A DNA stretch of 64,000 nucleotides from Leptogorgia sarmentosa (lineage: Eukaryota): the NCBI GenBank assembly GCA_964658305.1, contig OZ210886.1, positions 310,001 to 374,000 on the forward strand, written 5' to 3'. A program made the translations under genes and the position numbers. A model generated the notes under the pieces. That model ran no database searches, was not told where the DNA came from, and saw only the letters and a list, made by a program, of their open reading frames with translations. Shown here in pieces: positions 30,901 through 42,848 of this stretch (position 1 is its first letter; the number at the start of each line of letters is the position of its first letter).

Positions 30901-31882
30901 CGTTTTCCAGATTTGATTTGATTTCTTTATCGAGAGTATTATTTTTAAATTTTTCAGACTACTAAACTGCCGTCGTACGAGTCCAGAATATCACTTTCAA
31001 AAATGTTGATTGAAGTGGAGGAATTTGATGTGAGTATGCACTATGCAGCATTGAATATGTTACGTCGGGATTGAACATTCCCGATATTTCATTTAGTACC
31101 GTATTCTGAAAGTCAAATTTTATCCTACTTTACTGTACAAATAATTGTTGGGCCAAATTATCGTTTGTGTTATTATAGAATGCATGCAGCGTGTTGGAAG
31201 AACTTCTGTCTGAAGACGATGAAGTTGTTCAGGTATTAAAACTTGCTTCAAATTACAACCAGTGCAGGTAGCGGGTAATAATTCCAGGGTGAGAAATTGA
31301 GCAAATTCTGTGCAAATGCTGAATTGTGCTATTATTTCCATTAACCTTATATTCTAGGTATGGTACTTATTTGGCTGGATCCATTACCTCAGAGAACAGG
31401 ATTATAATTTAGTTCTATATTACTTGGAAATGGCTGAGAAGGTGATGAATGATTGATGAAATTCCCCATAAATGCTATATTTGTTTTCAATGTTTTCATA
31501 CATTATATGCATGGGTAATTTCATGCGTAATGTGCAAAAATGTCATTCAGTAAACTCTGATAGTCACCTGTAGCTGCATGTTTAATTCCTGTTTGCACTC
31601 AAGCCAAATAATATTGTTTACCTTCACAAGAAACGAAAATATAATAGGGAACGTCTCTCGATCGCATATCAAATGTTTAACTTCGGATTTCTAAACCTAC
31701 ACATATAGCTTTTTGCTCAAACTGAATGTGATGATGAACCATTGCTGGAACATATCAATGAACTTTTGTCTGAAGTGAGAGCGAAAACGGACAATGATGT
31801 AGTGAATGACAGAGAGAATGGTGATGAAGAAGATGGTAATAAAGAAGATGATGAACTGAAGTCAATGGACACGACTGAATAA
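27917..31882 (+). CDS. ACL4: TPR protein, probable assembly chaperone of Rpl4 (Acl4-like), multi-exon
   Basis: Basic N-terminus MGKRKKK. Motifs FSKYMTLG, ISNAFCSLAEIYLTDCCFAEDAE, LPSYESRISLSKMLIEVE and LLSEDDEVVQVWYLFGW, plus an acidic tail, fit the Acl4 family. Stop TAA 31880-31882. Confidence 0.82.
28490..28589. repeat. Small inverted/tandem repeat element (MITE-like) in ACL4-like intron
   Basis: Ends gcatggttgagg / cctcaaccatgc; internal reiterated cttaaccat / cttaactgtgcctcaaccat units. Confidence 0.6.
29006..29445 (+). other. U12-type (minor spliceosome) GT-AG intron
   Basis: 5' site GTATCCTTT. Branch-like TTCTTTAAT ~9 nt before the AG, with no pyrimidine tract between them. Removal joins ...EAVG|CLKHA... 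in frame. Confidence 0.85.
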
Positions 31883-32211
31883 CATGGTAAACATCATCGC
31901 CTCGAGGAAGAAAGAAAAATAGTATTCTTGAGAATGAAACTGTGTATTTGCAAATTGTGGTGCTCATGTCATCATCGTGTATCATGTCTTCAGTTCAACG
32001 CAGTTGACGTACATAAACACCTTCGTCAGACTAGATAGACTTGTATATTATTATGAGTGTATAACACTAAAATCCTTCACGATCTGTTAGGTGCACGTGA
32101 TACCATACGATTAAATGCAAACATTGGTACATATGTTTTTTTTTAATCATTTAATTAAATTCATTTGTTTTCATTACGTAATTCAATCGAAGTGCCGGTG
32201 GTATAGCTAAT

Positions 32212-35200
32212 CTAAAGTCCAGTAACTGTTTTTACCCAGGGGTAAAGGTTAGCAACATGAGCGTAAACTCCAAAGTACCCAGCAGATGCACAGCCACGTC
32301 CCCAGCTCGTCACGCCAGTGAGATGCCAAGAACCATCTCTGTGTTGACAGACAAGTGGACCTGAAAGGTTTAACAAAACGGATTAAAGAAAACATGTTCA
32401 GAGATGGCTCTATATCGGTCGTTTAATACCCCACTCTCAATACCATAGGGCATTTGAATATGAGAACTAGCTTCGTATTTCATTACTTTCTGAAAGTGAA
32501 CACTGGAATATAGTTAATATCGATTTTATATTGCAGTGTTTTTCATTATTCAATCTACAACCTACCTACTGCAAGTCTTTCTTTGCAGTATTCGCTTACA
32601 TTGATATACATTAAACTAGCTGAACTATAAATAACAAATGTTTCATTCTATAATCTCACCTCCGCTGTCACCCTGGCAAGTGTCGATACCACCTTGAGAA
32701 TATCCAGCACACAACATCCTATCAGTAATACCGCTACCATATGATTCTCTGCATTTCTGTGCAGTTACAATAGGAACTTGGGCTTCCTGTAAGATCCTGG
32801 GCGTTGATCCTCCACTTGAAAGTCTTCCCCACCCAGTAATGTAACAGCGTTGACCTTGGTGGAAATAACAGTCAACGTTAGTTTGTCTGTGGCATTCAGT
32901 CGGTGAACTCGATGGTGAACGTGATGCAAAGGGAATGTACTATCAAATATTTTACCCATGCACATGCATAGGTAACTTTTCGATAGTGAAACTTTTTCAA
33001 TCGGGAAAACATTTTAAAATAACCACGAAGTGATTATACACTTGCAAGCTATAGTCAAAACAAACGTCTTTTGGTAGCTTTGCATTTGCAAGTTTAATGT
33101 CGCAACTACCAAAACGTACGCTCAACGTATTTGTGTTTTTAATTTAACGATACTTTACCAGTGAAATCTATGCCTGTGTTTATACAGACAGGCTTTATTC
33201 TTTGTGTATACTGAACACTTCTTGAAAGCTTGATGACTGCGATGTCATAATCCGTTCTTCTGCGGTCGTACCGAGGATGAACTGTTATACCATTTGTCTG
33301 AATACTGATATCTTGTTCATGTCCTTCATGTGTGGACTTATCGTGTTCGCCGAGTCTGATCTGAAAATGGAAAGTCAGACTGAATAACGCAGAGAGGCAT
33401 AAAAATTATGTAGAAATTATGTATGTACATGAGTCCATGCATGAAAACTTTGTGTTTTCTTTTTTTTTCAAATCAAGCCTTGCTTCACACGTCGAATTTA
33501 CGATTTAAGTAGCTATACGTTTAAAACGTGTCATTACCATCAATGTAAAATTTGTTAGTAACATATTATGTTGTATTAGAATAACATAGTATATAGTATA
33601 CTGTTATAAAAAAGAACATTTAGGGGGTGTTTATATGGAGGCGAGCTGGCCCGGGTACCCGGGCTGGCTCGCCTCCATATAAACACCCCCTTAGAAGAAA
33701 ATTTGCTTGTTTTTGCACAGTCACTTCAATCTTACCTTCACACGATTCCAATCCGTTGATTTGACGCAGTGAGCAGCAGTAATAATGTATTGGTTTGAAA
33801 CAAGCGAACCACCACAGAATGGGAAGCTTCCTCGCATGAGTGATACTTGCCATGGCCATTCACCTGGTTGGGCATTTTGTCCACCAACAACTTTAGGAAA
33901 ATCACTTAAACCACGTCCTTTCTGTCCACATGATCCTGATGGAGGTCTGGGTGTCACTGGAGGTCTGCCTGTCACTGGAGGTCTGGGTGTACCGGGAGAT
34001 CCTGAACACTTACCAGGTGTAATTGAAATTTCATCCAATGCAATGTCACCTTGGTAATTCTTCCCTTTTGTTCCACGGAAAACAACCTTGAATTAAATAA
34101 AAATAAAATTTGGAATTGATTACGGATTTTTCGATCATACATATCAGTATTTACTTTTCAGAGGGCAGAGTTTTTATGTACTTACAGAATAACTGCTTCG
34201 ACTGGTTATTTGTATTTCATGTTTAATCCATCGGTCGCCCAGATTTGTAGATTTCCTGAACAACTCTACCCAACGAGCACCTATAGTTTGATAAACTTGA
34301 AGAGATCCAATGCCAGCGCCATTCATGTTGTAGGAGAATGTTACGCATTGATCGCCGCTGACCTGGGGACTGGCAAGATGGGCCTTATCACCTGGTCTTC
34401 TTGGATCTGATGTCTCAATAAAAACATAGTTGCCTGCAAGAAAACAAAACTTTTGTCCAATTTCCAACTATATTGTTTCATTATATTTTAATATCATCTC
34501 TAACTCACTAGGAATCCATGATGAATTAGCTACTGAAACATTTGTACTAGCTATCTGGAGAAGAATATAATTTCTTTCATAGTCCCAGGGCAGGATGAGA
34601 AATTCGTCCCTGAATCAATATTGAATGCTATTTGTAGAAATACTAAATTCGAATTTTTAGATATTGTTTGGTCGTATTTACATATGGGCAAGATCAAGAT
34701 TATAATAAACTCATCGCAACCTATACAGATGGCATCTCACACTTGATATCGTGCAATACGAAGTTTTAATCGAAATATATCAGTATATATAATATAGTAC
34801 CATTTCCTGAAACGTCTCTTGAAGGTCCTGTGCCACCACTTGGTGTACTTCCACGGCGGATTGTCCAGTCAAAGTTATCATTTTTATCATTTGTGAAAGA
34901 ACACAGACTACCTTGATCGAAGTTACATTTCACTATAGGAAAGGATAAGCAGTAAATTAGGGAGACACCTTGACTGGTATAAATTGTCATAAAATAAAGG
35001 CAGTGGAAGTTAGTACCACAGGCAGCCTACACTCTATAGAGACACGGCTTTTGTAACGATGTCCAGAAATAAAGTCGTCTCAAACAAAATTTTGCTTACA
35101 CGGGGTGTCTGAAAAAGGGCTAGTCTAGATATACGGCTGTCGTCGCGAAAATAAGTCGTCTTATTTATATGGTATGAAAATTTTGCCCTTAAATACCATT

Positions 35201-38200
35201 TTGAATTGTTTGCATTCGACTGCAGGTGATTATAAGGGCGGGATCATATAAACAGACCCTAACCAATGTTGTTTAGAAATGAATACACAAGAAAAACATA
35301 CCAGACGTGGGTCAAACTTTGACGAAGAAAGTACAATGAAAAAGCAATGGGATACGACTCGTACGGCTGACTATCAATGTATGATTATATGGTTTTTACT
35401 GAAAAATGGTTACTGCCGGAATACTTATAAAGTGCTGAAACTCGACTGTGGTACCTGTTTGTGTTGGTGGTGCTGGTGTCGGTGGTGCTGGTGTTGGTGG
35501 TGCTGGTGTTTGGAATGAACATTTTCCTGGAGTAAAGCTGACAGCATCAATTGCAATATCGCCTTGGTAATCATTCCCACGAATACCTTCAAACTTGACC
35601 TAGAATATTTAGAAAGTGGGACAATTAGTCTCATGAAACAAAGATCAAACCTGCTGAGCACCTATTTATTATTTATTTCATATCTTTTGGTATTAAACAC
35701 ATCTCTCGAGTTTCGACGAAGGCTGTAAAAATAAATTTTATTGCGTTATATAGTTGCGTTCAGACTTTGCTCGAAACCTCGAATCTGTTTGTATTGTTTA
35801 TGTAGTAATTGAATCTTTTACTGCACTTTTCTCAATTTTCACCATCGACTTACCATATATATTCCATTTTGTGAGATTGGCATTTCCACCTTCACCCACT
35901 GGTTTCCTTGATTTCCAGATTTTGAAAATATCTTGTTGTTGCCGGCAAAAATGTTTAGGGATCCAATGTGGGAACCGTACATATGGTAGGAAAATTTCAT
36001 GCATTGTGGACCATTTAAAGCAGGTGTTAAAATGGTAGCTTTATCACCTTTGGTTCGTGGACTAGAAGTTTCAATGTACAGATAATAACCTGCAAAAAGG
36101 TGACAAAAATTAAATTGTCCAATGACTTTTGTCATTTAAATCACAAAAATTAAATTGTCCATTTTGACTTCACGCTTTCCAATCTATTTGAAGGAGCAGG
36201 CTAATATTTCTATCTTCACATGTAAACATATTCGTACCCCTGAGTATATTCGAAAACTGTTTCTAAAAGTTTTAATTTATTGAACATTTGTTTACCTCTG
36301 CCACTGACGTCAGATGTCGGTCCTGTACCACCACTGGGGGTAGAACCCTTGTAAACCCTCCAATTGAACTCTCCCTTACCATTTTCATAACCGCAGGGTT
36401 TTCCATTATCGAAGTTACAATTTGCTGAATGGAATTACAAAAAATAAATCTGGTACTTTTTTAAATAAAATTTAGGTTGGGCACAACTCAAGCAGTGCTA
36501 TCTTCTAACAACGCAGAATTATGCAGTATGCATAAATTGCATTCGAGCATAAAATGAGATGATGCATATAATCACTAAAAGAATGCAGAACAATGGATGC
36601 GAACGTTTATATTACTGTAAACCCCCGAATATATACATGGGTTATATAGACCCGCATGCATCAGTTTACATTGGCTTATATACGAGGAACATTATACGTG
36701 GACGAATTTTGTGTTAGTAATGTTTTATGTTAAGCATAAACACGAAAATAAACGAACTGGTTATAATATTTTAATGATTATACACCATCGTGATCGTTGT
36801 GAAGTTTCTATAATTCAAAAGTTTGTGTAAAAGGGGAATGAGCATTAAACATGAATACGTATTACATTATAGGAATTTTTACCTGATGAAGGGCTTGGTG
36901 GAGATGGTGGAGATGGTGGAGGTGGTGTCTGTGGACCTGGTGGTTGGGTAGTTCCGACATGTTTATTTATCCAGCTGACAAACTCTGAGACACGTGCAAA
37001 TACTGTGAATTCATTATGTCCCGCACTGCATGTTCGGCTTCCCCAAGAAACAGCTCCATGCAAGATCCAACGGTTTGTAGATCTATCACGGCACACAAAC
37101 GGTCCTCCAGAATCACCCATACAACCACTGACTGTGCTAGAGCCACCAAAACCAGCACAAATCTGGCAAAATCGAAATATTATCTGAAACGTGCTTTTAA
37201 GAAATTCAAAGGTGAACATGCATCCAAAGTTACATATATCAATTAAAATAAGCAATCTGTAAGGTCGTTAAAAAAACAAGAAAATCGTAAAATTAGAAAA
37301 AAAATTACAAAATCCTCTACGGGTAGTAGCTACGCACCGCTGAGAAAAGAACGTTCGAATGTGAGATTAAAAGCTCCGAATATAAACTATCGGCTGGCAA
37401 AATGGATTTTGGTCATTTACTTAAAAGCAATTTACTCGTAATATATATAATGTCAGATTTATAATTTTGAATAAATAAAGATAACCTGGATGTTTATTTG
37501 ATATTTACCATTTGTCGTGTCACTCCTGATCCCATATGTTGGCGACATTTTGATTCAGAGATGACAGGAAGCTTAGCCTGTTGAAGGACAGTTGCTCCTG
37601 GTCGATTTGCTCCAGTGCGTCCCCAGCCTGTCAGGTTATACAATCATGTCATAAACTTTATTTTAATTAATTATCACACAAAATTTGAAGTCAATGGTAT
37701 GTCATACACTATTCGGTTTTTATTCGATATAAAAGAGAAATTTATGATGCATTGACGTCCACTGATGGCATTTCACAGTTTACAGTTGTTCTTCTCTAAA
37801 TTCCGTGCTGATCGATGTGTGTTCAACAACAGAGACGGTAATATTACCCAGCGGGCTACCCCGGACGCTCTGTAAATCTCGTTTCAAGCACGCAAACTGA
37901 ATATTGGTTTTCAAGCAGAAAAAAAGTTAGGATTACACTAACATTGAAATACTATACCATCCCATTCGACCCCTACCCACCTGTGATGTAGCATTCTTTT
38001 CCAGTGTTCTCATCAACACTGGCACCATGTTGTGGCAAACAAACAGGTCCCAATTGTGGTTTGAACGCTACTCTTCTGGACAGCTTGACGAGAGCTAAAC
38101 AGAGCAGCAATATAAATTTGCAAGTGTTTTTATATCGGCAAGATAATTCACTGCATCAATTTTGGACAAAAATGTGATTAGAAAATCACGAAAACCCAAG

Positions 38201-39138
38201 TTTTTACGATGTCTCCATGTGTAGCATTGGGGGTTAGACCATTCACTTTGCACTGGTGCTGACGTGTAAGAACACCTAATTATCATACACCTGGAGTAAC
38301 GTACCAATGTCATTATTTAATCGGGAGTAACTAGGATGAACGATAATTCTTTCAACACGACTATCCAACTCGTGGCCTTCATTTGAGTTGAAATTATGCT
38401 CTCCTAAATTAGAAAATTAAAAAACAATCTATGTTTATTTAAACAGCAATATAGAAGAAGTACTCTGAGAGGTATTCATTAATAGGATGAATCTGCAAAC
38501 ATTTTATCTTTCCATATGCAAAAAAAGAATTAAACGAATCTTGCAGGAAATGCGAATCAAATCATAAAAATACAGCTTACAGCCACTTAAGAAATCCAGT
38601 AGTTCGATATGTCTCAATTCCATACCTGAAGTTTAAACCCTTTCTTGGCCAGTTAGCTATTACAACATATTTATCTCGCACTCTATTAAAAACCACGTCA
38701 GGATGAGTAAGTGACGCTTACCTAATCTTATGCTAAGACCGGAGGCTGATTTTCCCTGGACGCAATGAGCTGCTGTAACGACCCACTGATCACTAATCAA
38801 AGATCCACCACAAAAATGAAATGTGCTACCAACACGTCTGAATGAGACTTGCCATGGCCAGCTGTGAGGATCAGCGGTTTGACCGCTTACTACTTTACCA
38901 TGAAAAGTGCTTCTCTTTCCACAATCTGTAAAGAAAAAGAAACAGATCCATATTTTAATTACTCTATTCGTTATCTGAAGTTTGAAGCAGCACAGTATAC
39001 ATTATATATTACCCTCAAGCAAGAAAATTATTGTTCAACTATAATATTTGTATGTGATCTGAAACGTAGTAGCTACGTACCTTGAGCCAATACCTGTGTG
39101 AGAAAAATCAGGCACACCCAAAATGTTAAATGTGCCAT
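32212..39138 (-). CDS. Protease gene A: secreted two-headed S1 protease, SP-protease1-Pro/Thr linker-MAM-MAM-protease2
   Basis: SP exon [19 protein letters not shown]. Protease1: [26 protein letters not shown]. Two MAM domains ([31 protein letters not shown]). Protease2: [25 protein letters not shown]. Exon phases checked join in frame; ends WVKTVTGL*. Confidence 0.88.
33623..33690. mobile_element. 68-bp hairpin MITE, PIF/Harbinger-like
   Basis: Near-perfect palindrome gggggtgtttatatggaggcgagc...gctcgcctccatataaacaccccc, flanked by TTA on both sides; not present in the matching introns of genes B and C. Confidence 0.85.
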
Positions 39139-40679
39139 TGTGCAACAAGTATAATGTGGGAAATTGCTGTGTATGCTTCAAATTTATATACTGCTTGTTT
39201 TTCGCGAAGTTTGCTAAGCTGACCAGCTGAATTTACTGTGGCGCTACATCGTGTTGGTGAACAAAACGTTGTTGAAACAGCAAGCTTTTCAAACTGTGTG
39301 AAAAGTTGTATTTGTAATTTGTAATGAGAAGCCTTCATCATGCAGGGGCGTACTGCACGCGGGGGTTCAATTCTCTTACTTCAGTTACACACAATCTCTG
39401 TGAACCTCGTTGGCAAAACAGATGATGCGAGAATGATCGACATACTCGTACGGAGAAACGTGCTCAAAAAGGAGTGAGATCTCTTTCCACAGAATTTTTG
39501 TTTATAATGCAATTTTTCGTTTAGTGAGATTTTACTTTTCACTACAAATTCAAAATTCGAAAATTAATTCTCAATCTCAAACATATGCAGGGTGCATGTA
39601 CAAAAAGGCTAGTCATTGAAATTCAGATTAGTCATAATTATAACGATTGGCGTTCGGATTGTTCTTGACTGCGTAGAGTTAATGACACGTCATCATGAAA
39701 ACGTATTTTATTATTTACAAAAGAAATGTCCAATAGGTAGAAAATTGTACTTATTGTTTTGTACTTAATTCCAAACGTTTTTCACACTTCCCTTGTTTTT
39801 CGTCGTTTAGTAAGTTGCAAAATTCTCGTGCAATACGTATAGGGGAGAGTTGTTAAAAGAGGTTTTGATTTGACGCTATGTGCATGATTTTAGTATCCAA
39901 TTTATTAAATCAGAGTGAAAACTTTCAATTAATTAGTCATTCGTATAAATCAAATTTTCAATACCCATGCATTATTAACAAGTTTAGGTTTAAAAACTTT
40001 ATATGTTTAGAAAAAGTAAACGCCGATTTCGTGTTGTAGCCAAGATTCCAAATTTTACTGTGTTTCCCCTGGAGTCATGTTACATACACAATATTCCAAG
40101 AAGAAGTGAAATTAAAATCGATCATATTTCATTTTTGGCTATAGCTACCTATATTATATGATATCGATATCGACCAGTTCAGCGATAATTTTATAAAAAT
40201 CTAATTAAAAATTTGCACATCTGCAACACGTATGAATGGCCTGTGACAATATTGATGTCAAACAGTTGTGAAACAAAAGTGACCTTTGCACAACTGTATA
40301 ATTAAACTTATTTTAATGCAGACAATAGCGGGTGTACTGAATCATTTTGATTATATGGGTATATTGTGAAAAATGTTAAAATGTTCGATATATATATCCA
40401 AGCACAAGCAATCCGATCCAAAAACACTTATCTCTGATAAGAATATCAACACACACATACAAACATTTATAACAAAATGCATGCATGCTAATTACTTCAA
40501 TAAGGTTAGTAATTAACACATGCGGTGCTCAAATGTAAAACTCGAAAAGCACCAGTGACATGAAAGCAAACCGTTTATGTTTACACCGTCACTTGAAAGC
40601 TTACTCGGGGTACTCTTTATAACATCCTCGTAAATTTTCATTTTTTTTCAACGGCTTAGAAATATCTGTTGATGGTGGA

Positions 40680-42787
40680 CAACAGAAAAGGTGAAGTATT
40701 GAAGTGCAAACTGAATTCAGTAAATGAAAACGATGGCAATCCTCTTCCCAAGTTCAATGTCCAGAAGCATCATCACATGATGCTGACCTTTTAAATGTCT
40801 TTTTTGTCGAGGAAGACAAAAAAAATCCGTAGAATGCGATTTATACAATCCAGTAGATGCCTAACAAGTTACGCACCGCTGTGTTATTGGGGGCATTAAC
40901 CATCTTTTCCAGAATAGTGGTGTAATAAAATCCTCCATATGTTAAGTGGACGTATAATAAGGGCACAATTGAATAACACAGAGGAGTAGTGGCAATGATA
41001 ATTCTAAATGAATTATTTACTAAGTTGCTGGACACGAGGCTGGACAAATTTCGTAGATATATGCTCATTTCATTCATTAAATTCAATCATTTAATTAAAT
41101 TCATTTGGTTTCATTACATATTTAGACGAAGAGCTGGTGGTATAGCTAATCTAAAGTCCAGTAACTCCGTTTACCCAGGAGTAAAGTTCAGCAACATGAG
41201 CGTAAACTCCAAAGTATCCAGCAGATGCACAGCCATTACCCCAGCTCGTCACGCCAGTGAGATGCCAAGAACCATCGCTGTGTTGACAGACAAGTGGACC
41301 TGAAAAACGAAAAGTTCAACGAAACAGGTTTAACAAAAACAGGTTTAACAAAACAGGTTTGCAAGACAGGCTTAACAAAACAAATTTAAAAAACAGGTTA
41401 GTGCCACAACACCGAATAAAATGGGACAGTTGGATATGCGAGCTAGCTTCACACTTCTTAACTTTTAACTTTTAAATTTCTGGAAATCAAACCGACTTTG
41501 GAATTAGGAAGTAAACGCTGAAATATAATTACTATCCATTGTAAATTGGAGTGTTTTTTATTCAATCTACAACCTACCTACTGCAAGTCTTTCTTTGCAG
41601 TATTTGCTTACATTGATATACATTATACTAGCTGAACTATAAATAACAAATGTTTCATTCTATAATCTCACCTCCGCTGTCACCCTGGCAAGAGTCAGTA
41701 CCACCTTGAGAATATCCTGCACACAACATCCTATCAGTAATACTGCTACCATATGATTCTCTGCATTTCTGTGCAGTTACAATAGGAACTTGGGCTTCCT
41801 GTAAGGTGTTGGGCGTTGATCCTTCACTTGAAAGTTTTCCCCACCCAGTAATGTAACAACGTTGACCTGGGTAGAAATAACATGTCAGTACTGGTGTTAT
41901 TAATGAATATACCATCCGATAGGGAACTTTACTATCAAATGCGTAACCCACGTTTATTGATATAGTGGTACTTTCCCACTCAGGTTATTTTGTATGCGAA
42001 ATTAGACCCATTCTCGACACGTGAGCCACCGAAATATAAATATAGTGAATAACCTTGACTCCCAAACCACTTTTGCTTGCCTTTGATTTGAATAACTATG
42101 CTTACCAGTGAAATCTATGCCTGTGTTTATACAGACGGGCTTTATTCTTTGTGTATACTGAACACTTCTTTTAAGCTTGATGATTGCAATATCATTATCA
42201 TAACCCGTTTTGCTAGGGTCGTAGTTGGGATGAACTGTTATACCATTTGTTTCTATACTGATATCTTGTTCATGTCCTTCATTTGTGGACATTTCATGTT
42301 CGCCGAGTCTGATCTGAAGATAGAAAGTCAGTTAGACGAATATTATAACGCAAAAAGAACCACAAAATTATGCTTTTGAGCCAAGGCTAATTAAGCCTTC
42401 TTGCTTTAGTGGAATTAACGAAAGTACATCAGTTAAAACGTGTTATTATTAAAGTGGTAGCTAATTTATTGTAATTTCATTTTCTACAATGAGGATGTGT
42501 ACTACTACCAGTTTAAAAAACGATTTGCCTGTTTTTGCACAGTCACTTCAATCTTACCGTTACACGATCCCAATCCGATGATTCGACGCAGTGAGCAGCA
42601 GTAATAATGTATTCGTTTGAAACAAGCGAACCACCACAGAATGGGAAGCTTCCTCGCATGAGTGATACTTGCCATGGCCATTCACCTGCTTGGGCATTTT
42701 GTCCACCAACAATTCTAGAGAAATCACTTAAACCACGTCCTTTCTGTCCACATGATCCTGATGGAGGTCTGGGTGTCACTGAAGGTC
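40680..42787. repeat. Segmental duplicate of ~45695-47796 (protease exons, introns, 3' flank)
   Basis: Near-identical exons and introns between genes B and C with scattered substitutions and indels. Weaker homology continues (~39930-40630 vs ~44430-45240). Confidence 0.9.
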
Positions 42788-42848
42788 CGCATGTCAATAC
42801 CTGTGTAAGAAAAGGAAGCAAACACAACAAAAGTGTTAAATGTGCCAT
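41151..42848 (-). CDS. Protease gene B: secreted trypsin-type S1 protease without MAM domains (4 exons)
   Basis: A single first exon reads [52 protein letters not shown] and [10 protein letters not shown] follow; ends WVNGVTGL*. No stop or frameshift seen. Confidence 0.88.

Noticed and set aside
35279..35661. WCWC-rich (+) and His/Gln-rich (-) ORFs
   Set aside because: Antisense and out-of-frame readings of the TPAPP linker repeat in gene A.
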